NCBI RefSeq assembly: GCF_009914755.1
Contig: NC_060925.1
From: the human T2T-CHM13v2.0 reference genome, Homo sapiens
Direction: 5' to 3' (one strand)
Length of the DNA: 64,000 bases
Under the pieces are notes generated by a model. That model did no database searches. It saw only the letters and a program-made list of their open reading frames with translations, and was not told the DNA's origin. Both the position numbers and the translations under genes were made by a program. This document shows, in pieces, positions 32,966-46,362 of this stretch (its first letter is position 1; every line of letters starts with the position of its first letter).

Positions 32966-34836
32966 TTTTTTTTTTTAATACTTTAAGTTCTAGGGTACAT
33001 GTGCACAATGTGCAGGCTTGTTACATATGTATACATGTGCCTTGTTGGTTCACTGCACCCATTAACTCTTCATTTACATTAGGTATTTCCCCTAATGCTA
33101 TCCCTCTCCCATCCTCCTACCCCACAACAGGCCTTGGTGTGTGATGTTCCCTGCCCTGTGTCCAAGTGTTCTCATTGTTCAATTCCCACCTATGAGTGAG
33201 AACATGCGGTATTTGGTTTTCTGTCCTTGTGATAGTTTGCTCAGAATGATGGTTTCCTGCTTCATCCATGTCTCTGCAAAGGACAAGAACTCATCCTTTT
33301 TTATGGCTGCATAGTATTCCATGGTGTATATGTGCCACATTTTCTTAATCCAGTCTATCACTGATGGACATCTGGGTTGGCTCCAAGTCTTTGCTATGGT
33401 GAATAGTGCTGCAATAAACATATATGTGCATATGTCTTTATAGTCACATGATTTATATTCCTTTGGGTATATACCCAGTAATGGGATCGCTGGGTCAAAT
33501 GACATTTCTAGTTCTAGATACTTGGGGAATCGCCACACTGTCTTCCACAATGGTTGAACTAGTTTACACTCCCACCAATAGTGTAAATGTGTTCCAATTT
33601 CTCCACATCCTCTCCATCACCTGTTGTTTCCTGACTTTTTAATGATCGCCATTCTAACTGGTGTGATACGAAATCAATGAACAAAAATCACAAGCATTCT
33701 TATACACCAATAACAGACAAACAGAGAGCCAAATCATGAGTGAACTCCCATTCACAATTGCTACAAAGAGAATAAAATACCTAAGAATCCAATGTAAAAG
33801 GGATGTGAAGGACCTCTTCAAGGAGAACTACAAACCACTGCTCAATGAAATCAAAGAGGACACAAACAAATGGAAGAACATTCCATGCTCATGGATAGAA
33901 AGAATCAGCATTGTGGAAATGGCCATACTGCCCAAGGTAATTTTTAGATTCAATGCCATCCCCATCAAGCTACCAATGACTTTCTTCACAGAACTGGAAA
34001 AAACTACTTTAAATTTCATATGGAACCAAAAAAAAGAGTCCTTATAGCCAAGACAATCTTAAGCAAAAAGAACAAAGCTGGAGGCATCATGCTACCTGAC
34101 TTCAAACTATATTACAAGGCTACAGTAACCAAAACAGCATGTTACTGGTACCAAAACAGATATATAGACCAATGGAACAGAACAGAGTCCTCAGAAATAA
34201 CACCACACATCTGCTAACATCTGATCTTTGACAAACCTAACAAAAAGAAGAAATGGGAAAAGGATTCCCTATTTAATAAATGGTGCTGGGAAAACTGGCT
34301 AGCCATATGTAGAAAGCTGAAACTGGATCCCTTCCTTACACCTTATACAAAAATTAATTCACGATGGATTAAAGACTTAAATGTTAGACCTAAAACCATA
34401 AAAACCCTAGAAGAAAACTTAGGCATTACCATTCAGGACATAGGCATGGGCAAGGGCTTCATGACTAAAATGCCAAAAGCAATGGCAACAAAAGCAAAAA
34501 TAGACAAATGGGATCTAATTAAACTAAAGAGCATCTGCACAGCAAAAGAAACTACCATCAGCACGAACAGGCAACCTACAGAATGGGAGAAAATTTTTGC
34601 AATCTACCTATCTGGCAAAGGGCTAATATCCAGAATCTACAAAGGACTCAAACAAATTTACAAGAAAAAATCAAACAACCCCATCAAAAAGTGGGCAAGG
34701 GATATGAACAGACACTTGTCAAAAGAAGACATTTATGCAGCCAACAGACACATGAAAAAATGCTCATCATCACTGGTCATCAGAGAAATGCAAATCAAAA
34801 CCACAATGAGATACCATCTCACACCAGTTAGAAAGA
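32966..34836 (-). mobile_element. L1PA (approx. PA5-7) 5'-truncated insertion with 5' inversion (twin priming)
   Basis: Antisense 3' end 32966-33666 joined to a sense ORF2 segment 33667-34833. 17-bp TSD CTGCCTTCTCTTGTCTT at 32949-65 and 34837-53. The ORF track shows L1 ORF2 peptides on both strands. Confidence 0.95.
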
Positions 34837-36259
34837 CTGCCTTCTCTTGTCTTAAACCCTCATCATAGTAGTGGCTAAGCCTGGTTGTTGAAAGATGACT
34901 GCAAACAACTCCAGGGCTCCATAATTTTTCCTCCAGAAAGAGAGTGTGACGATTTTTTGTCCCCTCAGAAACCAGCCCAGCCATCTTCTCCAATCTCATA
35001 AACTAAAATTGAATCATGTGCTCACAACTGAAAAATAGAATCCACTCAGACTCCGGTGGGGTCAGTTCCCTGAAAGCTGGGCTGCCAGAGAGGGGTGGAA
35101 TACCCAAACAATACTCAGGTCACTGTCAAAAGTCAGAGGATTGAGGAGACTGAGGACACTGCAGTCACAATGTCCACTTGGGTGGGTATCAGACCATTTG
35201 TAAATGCTTTGAGACAGATAACATAAGTGTGAGCAATCTCTTCCTTCCTAATAAATGAAAAGCCAAATCTGTTATAATTATGATAGTATCTTTTGCACTC
35301 TCATTTTAGATATTTTAGGAGACATCTGGATGTGTACATGGGATTTAGGTCAGATAAATTAAACTAATAGAGTTATGAAAATCACCTTGAGGTGAACTTG
35401 CAGAATTAATAATATTGGTATGTTCCTCTTCCCTTGTGTTTCAGTACCAAAGTTTCTTGTATGTTCTTGTCTTTATGTGTTATAGGCACAAATTAGGCAA
35501 TATGGTGACTAAGAACAAAGATAATTGAAAGCTCTGCAAGAATCAAAACCACTGTGGCAGCTGAGTGATCATCTGAGAGCGTGAGTCAGGAGCTGGCCCA
35601 TCTGACCCCACTAAGGGCCATGTGGACTAATATATTTAATCAGAGGCACTCAGCAGTTTTATTTTAAGTGGCAAGACATTTAGGTTAGTATTTAAGATAC
35701 TTATAAAAAAATAAAATTGAATAAGATGCCATAGTGCCATTAATGTCATGAACCCTGGGAACACTGTCACAACCCCCAGCTGAGAAGTGCTGAAACAGGC
35801 CATTTGTAGGACTCACCATGTCCCAAGTGCCGTACCGAGCATCTTACATGCAATGAAGAATATATATCCTCACAGATATATATTCTGTGAGGCAGAATAG
35901 AAGAATGCCAGAAGTAGTCACTGGCATTGTCTACATTTTACAGATAAATAAAAAGGTGAAAAAAGGTGGTATTCCCTTGCCCGATGTCGCCTGATAGTAG
36001 GCAGTAAAGTTGTGTCCCAAGCAGCTGGGATTCTGGCACCAGAGTATGTGTAATTAACCACTACACTGTACACTTCTGTTAAGTGCTTGGGGCAAAATTT
36101 TTAGCTAAATAATGGCTTTGGCTTCACAGATATGAATAAATCAACATAAGTGTTGGATTTTTAGCAGAGGTCTCTGTATTTCACGCCAAGTTCTAGTCTC
36201 AGGAAGTATTGTTGCAAGTGCTTTCACTTCTTTTGAGGCTTAATACCAGAAGTCTAGAT

Positions 36260-36473
36260 TAGTTGATTCTCAATCAGAGGTGATTTTGATTTGGCAGTGT
36301 CTGGAAACATTTTTGATAGCCACAACTCAGAGATGTGTTGGCTGGGGTGTTCCTGGCCCCTAGTGAACAGAGCTCAGTGATGTGCTAAATATTCCACAAT
36401 GCACAAAACAACTCTCCACTACAAAGAACTGTCCAAACCAAAATGTCACTAGTGCTAAGGTTGAAAAACCCTG
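36260..36473 (+). mobile_element. MER20 (hAT-Charlie)
   Basis: ttctcaatcagaggtgattttg...tgtctggaaacatttttg...aaaatgtcactagtgctaaggttgaaaaaccctg. Confidence 0.85.
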
Positions 36474-37595
36474 AGCTACACTGAAACAGAGCTTGCAATG
36501 TGTGCATTGAGATCCCCTCTCTATGGACACTTCCCGGAGTTTTGTCCCTGTGACTTGAGTAGCAGTCATCGTGCCTAACCCTGCTCACAGAGCCTGAAGA
36601 ATACATGGCACATTTCACTCCTTGTTAGGTATATGAGCACTGGTTCAGCTTGTGTCGCCCTTTATAGCCCTGTCTCCTTGCCTCACAAGCTATGGGATAA
36701 GTTTAGAGTGGGAGGAATACTTTCTCCTTAACTGTTCCAGGACAAGCATTCTCAGTGTGTCTGGCTCTTTTAGGTTTTCTGAGTCATGCTTTAATATAGT
36801 CCTTGGATTCTTCTTTCTGCCTGTCCTGTTTGCTAGGTTCTTGTGGTAGCAGCCACCCAGTCTCTGAAATCCCCTGTCATCCTCAGCATACAACCAGCCT
36901 GATGCAGCTGAGGTGCTCAGGTTTCTGTGTGATTTTGTCCTGTGGTCAGAGCTCTCAGGTGCTTTGGAGTGCATAGACACATGACTGAGGTAAAGCATGG
37001 GGCAGGTCCTTGTGGTGTTGGTGCAGTGGCACCCCAAGGCCTGTGGGCTCATAAGAACAGGAATGATATCTGCTAGGGCAGCATCTCAGCACTGCTTCAG
37101 GAATAGCTGCTGTATCTTGCAACATGTGGTCTGCATTGGTAGCATTCAGAGACATTCCATTGCCACTCCTTCCTAGAGTAAAGGAACTGCTAATCCTCCC
37201 TCTGACTCATAACTAAAGCCAGCTTTCAAAGTGGTGAGGTTGCAGAGCTTGAGGGAGGGGCCTCATGGTCCCAAATACCTACTCCACTTGTTTGCTACTC
37301 CAAGGAATTTGTATACAGTCAGTTAATATTATTATCACTCACTCCAATTTTATAGATGAGAATCCTTGAACTCAGAGAAGTTAAGTGACTTTTCTGAGGT
37401 GACACAACTAATAAGCTAGGTGATCCATGTCTATATATTTCACATTCACTACTCTCTGCTGGGCTATTACCAAGAAATTCCTTGGCCTTACCTAATACTG
37501 GATAGGACTAATTAAGTGATCCAAGTATCTAAGCAACAAGGGTATGTCTGCACCAACAAACCTGAATGTAACTTCTAGATCTGAAAAATAAAATA

Positions 37596-37957
37596 CTGAT
37601 GGTCCCTAACTTATGATGGTTCAACTTAACACTCTTTAAACTATACCATGGTGCAAAGGCAATATGCATTCAGCAGAAACCATACTTTGAGTACCCATAC
37701 AATTGTTCTGTTTTTCACTCTCAATGTAGTATTCAATAAATTACATAGGATAATCAATTATTTCTTATAAAATAGGCTTTGCGTTAGATGATTTTGCCCA
37801 ACTATAGGCAAATATAAGAGCTCTGAGCATGTTTAAGGTAGGCTAGGCTAAACTAAGATATTCAGTAGACTAGGTATATTAAATGCATTTTCAACTTATT
37901 TTCAACTTAGAATGGATTTATTGGGACATAACCCTACTACAAATAGAGGAGCAAATG
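37596..37957 (-). mobile_element. Tigger-derived MITE (MER47A-like)
   Basis: TA-flanked ~360 bp with tttaaggtaggctaggctaa and aaatgcattttcaactta motifs and degenerate TIRs. Confidence 0.75.
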
Positions 37958-38209
37958 TATCTGGAATAAAAAATATACTATATGGGATTAAACCCAGATT
38001 AGACATTGGGGTAAAAATAGATCAGTGAACCAGAAGAAATAGCAATGAAAACTACGTAAATAGAGTATAGACAAACTAATTTGAAAAAAATAGAATCCCA
38101 GTGACCTATGAGACAATGATAAATAGCTTATTGTACACATAATTGGAAGCCCTGAAAGAGCAGAGAGAGGAGGGATCAGAAAAAAAAAAATTTCAAGAAA
38201 TAAATGGCT

Positions 38210-38973
38210 AGATACCATCTCACACCAGTTAGAATGGCAATCATTAAAAAGTCAGGAAACAACAGGTGCTGGAGAGGATGTGGAGAAATAGGAACACTTT
38301 TACACTGTTGGTGGGACTGTAAACTAGTTCAACCATTGTGGAAGTCAGTGTGGCGATTCCTCAGGGATCTAGAATTAGAAATACCATTTGACCCAGCCAT
38401 CCCATTACTGGGTATATACCCAAAGGACTATAAATCATGCTGCTATAAAGACACATGCACACGTATGTTTATTGTGGCATTATTCACAATAGCAAAGACT
38501 TGGAACCAACCCAAATGTGCAACAATGATAGACTGGATTAAGAAAATGTGGCACATATACACCATGGAATACTATGCAGCCATAAAAAATGATGAGTTCA
38601 TGTCCTTTGTAGGGACATGGATGAAATTGGAAATCATTCTCAGCAAACTATCGCAAGAACAAAAAACCAAACACCACATATTCTCACTCATAGGTGGGAA
38701 TTGAACAATGAGAACACATGGACACAGGAAGGGGAATATCACACTCTGGGGACTGTTGTGGGGTGGGGGGAGGGGGAGGGATAGCATTGGGAGATATACC
38801 TAATGCTAGATGACGAGTTAGTGGGTGCAGCGCACCAGCATGGCACATGTATTCATATGTAACTAAGCTGCACAATGTGCACATGTACCCTAAAACTTAA
38901 AAGTATAATAAAAAAAAATAGGAACAAATTGGAACAGGTTAGATTTTCTGCCTCTGAAAAAAAAAAAAAAAGA
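38210..38973 (+). mobile_element. Young 5'-truncated L1PA2-like element with 3' transduction
   Basis: Nearly intact ORF2 C-terminus ([38 protein letters not shown]...SLIGGN). The 3' UTR has ctagatgacGAGttagtggg and cacaatgtg. TSD AAGAAA(T/G)AAATGGCTA at 38195-210 and 38974-89. Confidence 0.93.
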
Positions 38974-40415
38974 AAGAAAGAAATGGCTAAAAGCTTTCCA
39001 CACTTGATGAAAACTATAAACCTACACATTCACGAAGTTTAACAAACCCCATCAGAGAAAGGATAAAAGGAAAACAAGGCAAATTATAATGAAATTTCTG
39101 GAGACAGAAGATAACAAGAATTATTAAAAGCAACTAGAGAAAATATTTTATCTACAGAGGAACAAGTATAAGAATGATAGCATACTTCTTTCTAGAAACT
39201 ATCCAAGCCAAATAACTGTAGAGAAAAATGAAAGAAAAAAACCTGTCGACCTAGAATGTTTTGCTAAGAGAAAATATGTTTCAGGAGTAACAAGTAAGAA
39301 TGGATTTTAAAAGGGCATAAAAAAACTTGTGAGGATGGAAAAGTTTATCATCTTGATTTTGGTTATATATACATGCACAGAAATGCACATAAAATTGTAC
39401 ATTACATAGTGCAACTTACTATAGGCAAATTATATATCAATAATGCTATATAAATTATTAATAAAAAGGAGAAATTAAGACTTTTTCAGATAAATAAAGG
39501 CTGACAAATTCATGATCCACAGACCTTCACTACAAGAAGTGTTAAAGGAATTTCCACAGGAAGAAGGAACATGATGTCAGTTGAAAATTTGGAACTCAAC
39601 AAAGGAATGTGTAGCTCCAGAAGAATCTGTTAAGTATGACTGTTTAAAGCAAAAATGATATAAATGTATTATGGGATATATAGCCTATATAAAAGTAAAA
39701 AGACCTTGACTCTTTTTTAAAAAAGTAAAATGTATTATAACAATAGCATAAAGAATAGAATGGGAGAGATGGAGATTTACTGTTGTAGGGTTGTTATTTT
39801 ATATATGAAGTAGCAGTATATAAAATGCAGATATGTTAAAGACAGGACAGAAAAAGAAATTTCAAGTAAATATTAATACTAATCAAAGGAAAGTTGGAAT
39901 GCCCATATTAATTTTGAAACTAGGAATTTACCAGAGATAATGAGGAACATTTCATAAGGATAAATGGGTCAATTCACCAATATACCTAAAATCTATAAGT
40001 CTATATGCACCTAATAATATAGCTTCAAAATAAATAAGAAAAACCTGATAGAACTGAAGGGAGAAATAGATAATATACTACTACGGTCAGATATTTTAAT
40101 TTTTCTCTCTCAATAACTGATTTTAATATTTCTATATAGTCCGATATTTTAATATTTCTCTCTCAGTAACAAGTAGGCTGAAAATTAGGGTATAGACATC
40201 TTGAATAGCACTGTCAATCAATTTGAGCTAACTGATATTTATGGAATACTTCACTTTTTAATGTGGCAAAATGCGCATACTTTTTAAATACACATGGATC
40301 AAGAAGGTAGACCATATTCTGGGCCATGAAACAAGTGTCAGTGGATATAAATGTTGAAATCATGCAGAGTGTGTTCTCTGATTACAGTAGAATTAAATTA
40401 GAAATAAATAACAAA

Positions 40416-40695
40416 GGCCAGGCGCGGTGGCTCACACCTGTAATCCCAGCACTTTGGGAGGCCGAGGTGGGTGGATCACCTGAGGTCGGGAGTTCAAACC
40501 AGCCTGACCAACATGGAGAAACCCCATCTCTACTAAAAATACAAAATTAGCTGGGAGTGGTGGCACATTCCTGTAATTCCTGCTACTCGGGAGGCTCACA
40601 CAGGAGAATCACTTGAACCTGTAGGTTGCGGTGAACAGAGATCGCACAATTGCACTCCAGCCGGGGCAACAAGAGTGAAACTCTGTCTAAAAAAA
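40416..40695 (+). mobile_element. AluSp
   Basis: Diagnostic ggtcgggagttc and cctgaccaacatggagaaacc. TSD AGAAATAAATAAC. Confidence 0.9.
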
Positions 40696-43669
40696 AGAAA
40701 TAAATAACTAAAATATGAAAACAATCATCAAATATTTTGAAATTAATAAGACACCTCCAAATAGCTCATTGGTCAAAAGTAAAATCACAAGAAAAATTCA
40801 AAGATATTTTGAATTGGATAAACATAAAAACACTAGATATCAAAACTTGTAAGATACTTCTGAAGTATTTCTTTAAAGGAATTTGAGAGCATTAAATGCT
40901 TATTGAGAAATGAGGAGAGGTCTCAAAGCAGTTATCTCAGCTTCACTTGTAAGAAACCAGAAATAAAGCAAAATTAACTCCAAAATAAGCAGAAAGAAGG
41001 AAATTGTAAAGATGAGAGCAGAAATTAATGAAATAAAAGAGAAAATAGAGAAAATTAATGTACCCAAAAGATGGTTCTTTGAAAAGATACATAAAACCGA
41101 TAAAAAAACTTCACCAATACTAATCAGAAAAATGACACAAATTACCAAAATTATGAATGAAAGCAGGAACATCATTACATATCTTACAAAATTCCTTGAA
41201 AGATACAAACTACCAAAATTTGTTCAGGAAGAAATAAATAAGCAAAGCAGCCTTATATCTATTAAGAAATTTGAATGTGTTGTTAAAACCCTTCTCACAA
41301 AGAGTACTCCAGGCCCATATGGCTTCGCATTTAAGGGAGAAATAATCCCAACCCTACTCAAACTCTTCGAGAAAACAAGAAAGAAGGAAACCCTCCCCTC
41401 TCATTTTTAGGAAGGCAAGAAAACAAGAAAATGATATTGTAAGAAAGAAAACTACAGACCAAAACTACAAAACAAAAATTCTTAAAATTACCTTAGCAAA
41501 CTGAATCCAGCAGTATATTATCATGACCAAGTGGGATATATTTCAGAAATGCAAGATTGATTTTGAAAATTAATCAATGTAATTTATCATATAAACAGAA
41601 AAACAAAAAAAAAGTGATCATTTCAATAGATGGATAAAAAAGCATTTGAAAGCTCAACATCCATTCATGACTAAAAAAAAGAACTCTCAGCGAATGAGAA
41701 ATAGAAAGGAATTTCCTCAACTTGAAAAGGAGCAATTTCAAAAAATCATAAATAACTTCATATTTCACAGGGAAAGACTGAACACATTTTTCCTCCTAAA
41801 ATTAAACAGGACTTTCAACTCTCACCATTTTTATTGAACATTGTACTGGAGGCCTAGCCAATCCAATAAGACAAGAAAAAGAAATACAACATATACAGAT
41901 TAAAAAGAAAAAAAAAAGTTTCCATTTGTAGATGACATGATTGTCTATGTAAAAAATTCTAAGGAATTTACAACAAAAGCTTCTACAACTAATCAGTGAG
42001 TTTAGCAAGGTTAAAAGACATGTCAGTATGCAAAAATCAACTTTATTTCTATATGCTAGTAATCAAAAGTTAGAAAGTAATTTTAAAATACTATTTACCA
42101 TAGCAACATTTACAGGGATAGATTTAATAACATGTACAAAACCTTTATACTAAAAACTATAAAATATTGCTAACAGAAATAAAAAAAATACCTAAACAAA
42201 TGAAGCAATACACCATGCTTATGGATTGGAAAATTCCATTTTGTTAAGACTTTAATTCTCAACAAACTGGACTATATGTTCAATATAATCCTAATGAAAA
42301 TCTCAGAAATCATTTTTATAGAAATTGGCAAACTGACTTTAAAATTTATATGGAAATAAAAATGATCACCACTAGTCAGAAGACTTTTGAAATAGAAAGC
42401 TTGAGGACCTACCCTACTTGATTTCAAGACTTACTGTAAAGCTACATTAAAGAAGATAGCATTATATTGGCATAAGCCTAGACACAATGTAACAAAACAG
42501 AGGGCTGAGAGCAGACTCAAATGAATATGATGAATTGATTTTCAACAATGTTGTCAAGATAATTCAATGGGGAAAAGATAGTTTTCAAAAATAGCCTTGA
42601 AAAAATTGGATATCCCTGTGCAAAATAATTAAACTTAAACCTTGCTTCATGCTATACACAAAAATTAAATTAAAATTCCTTGCAGTCCTAAATGTAAGAG
42701 CTAAAAAATAATGATACTTTTAGTTATGTGACAGAAAATATTTGTGACTGTGAATTGGGCAAAGTCTTCTTAGGTAGAACATAAAAATAAAGAACCATTA
42801 AAAAGTGATAAATTGGACCTCATTAAAATTAAAAACCTTTTATCTTTAAAGGATATTCAACCTCATTAAAATTAAAAACCTTTGATCTTTAAAGGATATC
42901 ATTGAGAAAATGAAAGCCATAGACTGCATGAACATATTTGCAAAATATATATCTGATCAATAACTTGCACCCAGAATATACAAGTAATTTTTACAATAAT
43001 AAGACACATAATCCAATTAATAATTGAGCAAAATATTTGAATGAACACTTCACCAAAGAAGATACATGAATGGTGAATAAACATGTGAAACAATGCTTAA
43101 CATCACTAATCATTAGAGAAATGTATATAAAAATCAAAGTAAGATACCACTGCATTACTCACTGGAATGGCTAAAATTAAAAAGACTGATCACATTAAGT
43201 GTTAGCACGTGGTGCAGCTGGAACTCTCAGACATTTCTGGTAAGAATGCAAAATAGTACATCCTCTTTGGAAAACATTTTGGTGGTTTCTTTTAGGGTTA
43301 AACACCCTTACCGTACAACTCAACGATCCTCTAGATATTCATCCAAGACAAGTGAAAACTCATGACCAAAGACCTGTAAACGAATGAATGAATGTTCCTA
43401 GCAGATTTATGCATAATAGCCAAAAACTGGAAACAAATTAAATTATGAACAGGTAAAACTTTGTGGTGTATCCATATAATGGACTACTCCTCATCAATAA
43501 AAAAATACAAACTGCTGATATATGCAACAACGCGAGTTGTCATGCTTAGTGAAAGAACTCAGAGTCAAAAGACTACATAGTATATGATTCTATATAAATG
43601 AAATTGTAGAAAAGACAAGCTATAGCTATTAATTTTTCAATAGGTGAAAATTTTATGAGGTGATTATTA

Positions 43670-44013
43670 AATATGACCATGTTGAAAATTAAATTATATA
43701 AACATGATTAAATACATTATATTAAAACAAAGTTAACAAATACCCCAGTCATACACTTCTTGCTTATTTTACTATAATTTCCTAATAGATATGCTCTTCA
43801 AATTATTTTAATCTATTCTATCTGTATTGCAGAAATTCTGTATAATGGTGCTCTATTGCACACCTCTTACCAACTCTGCAGTCAGTGATGTCATGTTGGT
43901 AACATGAAATTGATCATGATGAGAATATTTACACCATGGAAACTGGCAAATAATAAATTAGGGTTTTGTTTGTTTTCCAGGAGCACTGTTAAACATTTGC
44001 CAGCACACCACTG
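43670..44013 (+). mobile_element. MER63-family (hAT-Blackjack) element
   Basis: cagtgatgtcatgttggta...atttacaccatggaaactggcaaa...gttaaacatttgccagcacaccactg terminus. Confidence 0.8.
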
Positions 44014-45600
44014 AATATATGCATAGAAGATTCTGTCTCAGGAAAAGGAGGGAATATATAGGATGGATGAAAAGATCTTTCTGGAGGAGGCTGGATTTGA
44101 AATGACCCTTGGAAAACGTGCAATATTTAGCCTGTTAGAGAAGGAAGAAAAGGACATGCCAGGCACAAGAAACAAAAGCAAAAACCAAGGGACAGTCTGG
44201 CTGGAGTGAAGGCTGTGTATAGCCTTAATGAGCAATAATGCTGTGAACGTATGCTGGATCCCGGCTGAAGGAAGCCTAGAATGACAGCTGTGATGGATTT
44301 CTGTTATCTCTCTTTCTTCTTACTTTCCCCCTTCTTCTCGTAGTAGCCTTCTGCCAGCAGCCATGCTGCACCAGTGGATTCTGCCCCACACAGAGCACAC
44401 CCCACCCTCTGTCCATAGTGATAGGTCCTAGGAGAGACACACAGCCCAGGATGGTCCAAGCAGAGCCCCCAAGCAGATGTTTCTTAACTGGATACGGTAT
44501 GCCAAAAGACATTTTCCCCTTCTGTAGTTACTAAGCTTGAAGAATGGCAGTCCAGAGCTGACTCAAGACACATCAGGAGGAGATAAGAGAATCAACACAT
44601 AATAAAAGCAGAGATAAGAGAAGAAAGAGAGGTTTTTGAATCTTTCGTTTCCGTTGTCTTCAGATCAAATCTCCCTGATCTTTCTGAAGCTGAATGTGCA
44701 AGCTAATAAATTCTCCCTATTTTGCTTAACCTGGATCAAGTTTTTTTTTTCTGTCCTTTGCAATTAAAGATTTGAAAATAGTACACTATGCTCAGAATTT
44801 TTAACATATACTCTTTATCCCTGAAAACCTGAATTTGTGTGTGAAAGAGCAAAAGGCAGGGGGCCAAGTCTTTTATAGCCAGGTGTCCCACTGTTGGGAG
44901 GGGTTAGTTTCAATCTTTCGCCTGTCTTAGAGGGCACTCTAGCAGACGAGGTGAGCCCTGCCTTGGAACAGGAAGGACCTTTGAGGTCATGTAGGCCAAT
45001 AATTTGTTGTGGTTTGCCAACTAAATTCCTGGAGCTGTTGGCTTCCACGGAAATGCCCCAGGATGTGTCAAGTGGGCCTACAGGGAGGTTCTCAGCTCCC
45101 CTGCTCTACTAATAGCAACGCAGCTGTGGATGGCAAGGCAACCAGAAGGATGCTGGCCTAGTACAGATAGCACATTGAATGTATTTATGCTGTAGTCCGA
45201 CACATCACGCACGCTGCAAAGAAACTGTTTTCTTCTGAAATCAAACCCCAGTATCCTCCAAGGTGTGAGCAGAGAAGAATGCTGGAAGAAGAATCCACCC
45301 AAGCAGGAGAGGCAACTGAACAAGAATTTTTAGAAACCATTCTCCTGAGTTTTCACCTCCCACTTGAGATTCTCACCCTAGGGCACATCAGTTTCCATTT
45401 AACAGTCAAGTTCAAAAGTGGACAAAATTGTTTCCCTTGGTTCTTCATAGCACAGCTGAGACAATCTGACATTTTCAAAATGAATTTAACTAAATACTAA
45501 GGGAGAACAAAAATGAAATTATAGCAGTCAGTACAAATAGCGACTTTCCAGAGTACTGATTTCTGATCCTAAGGTAACCACGGGGTGGTCTTAAGGATAG

Positions 45601-46064
45601 TGTGATAATTTAGATTATTGTTCAGCAAATATTCATTCCCTATCCCTTCCCACTGTGGACAGAATATACATCCCTGTCTCATTGATGCTGAGCCATGCCT
45701 GACTTTCTTTGACCAATGGAATATTAATGGACGTGACATTGACAGAGACCTTAAATGTGCGTGTGTCGTTTGGCTTTTGCATCCATTGATCTTCCATGAG
45801 AAGATAAGCCTTCAGTAGCACTTCCCCTTCAGCCTAGACCCTAGAATGACATGTGGACCGGACCTAAGCCCAACCTGAAGCCAGGAGCACCACCTAGAAA
45901 ACCCACAGCCTGAAGCAGAGACTCCTGGGCGGCTCATCCTAGAGCAGCTAAATTGTAGAAAACCTGCAGACCATAAGCCTGAGTGTAAAGGCTGGCTGTG
46001 GTGACCACTGGGTGCTAGGCCAACTTGTTTCTCAGCATTCCAATAAGAATAGTTGATTAATACA
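45601..46064 (+). mobile_element. MLT1G/H-type MaLR LTR
   Basis: tgactttctttgaccaatggaata...cccttcagcctagaccctagaatga...aatagttgattaataca. Confidence 0.7.
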
Positions 46065-46307
46065 CATGACAAGTCTTGTCTAAAATGCCTCCCTTAGAGG
46101 AAGTCCTGCCCATCTTATTGCTTGCTACCCAGGTGCTGTATCAGGACATCTTGACCTCGTTCCTACTGGCCAGTGCAACTGAGGAAAACATGATACCTGC
46201 CTCCAGCTGCTGATGAAGTGTTAAGTTTATCATCCTGCTCAGGAAGAACCCCTGCCACATCACACATGCCCACTCCCACAGTGGAAAGCAGTCTTGCTCT
46301 AAAGAGT

Positions 46308-46362
46308 AGTATAGTATAGTATAGTATAGTATAGTATAGTATAGTATAGTATAGTATAGTAT
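46308..46362. repeat. (AGTAT)11 pentanucleotide repeat
   Basis: Read directly from the sequence. Confidence 0.95.

Larger units (their letters stand above)
37980..43625 (+). mobile_element. Long old L1M (L1MA/MB-type) spanning ORF1 remnant, ORF2 and 3' end, interrupted by L1PA2 and AluSp
   Basis: ORF 41012-41410 (RAEINEIKEKIEKINVPKRWFFEKI...KSTPGPYGF) is L1 ORF2-like. Continuous L1 character runs through to the 3' UTR at ~43600. Confidence 0.88.

Noticed and set aside
33179-38704. L1 ORF2-like ORFs (123, 103, 140 and 166 aa) as functional genes
   Set aside because: 5'-truncated retrotransposon fragments lacking promoter, ORF1 and endonuclease; the first copy is also frameshifted.
33667-38918. 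A single L1 split by a 3.4-kb insertion with a ~25-bp 'TSD' (agataccatctcacaccagttagaa)
   Set aside because: Each L1 has its own complete TSD pair and different age diagnostics, and the intervening DNA contains much older repeats (MIR, MER20).
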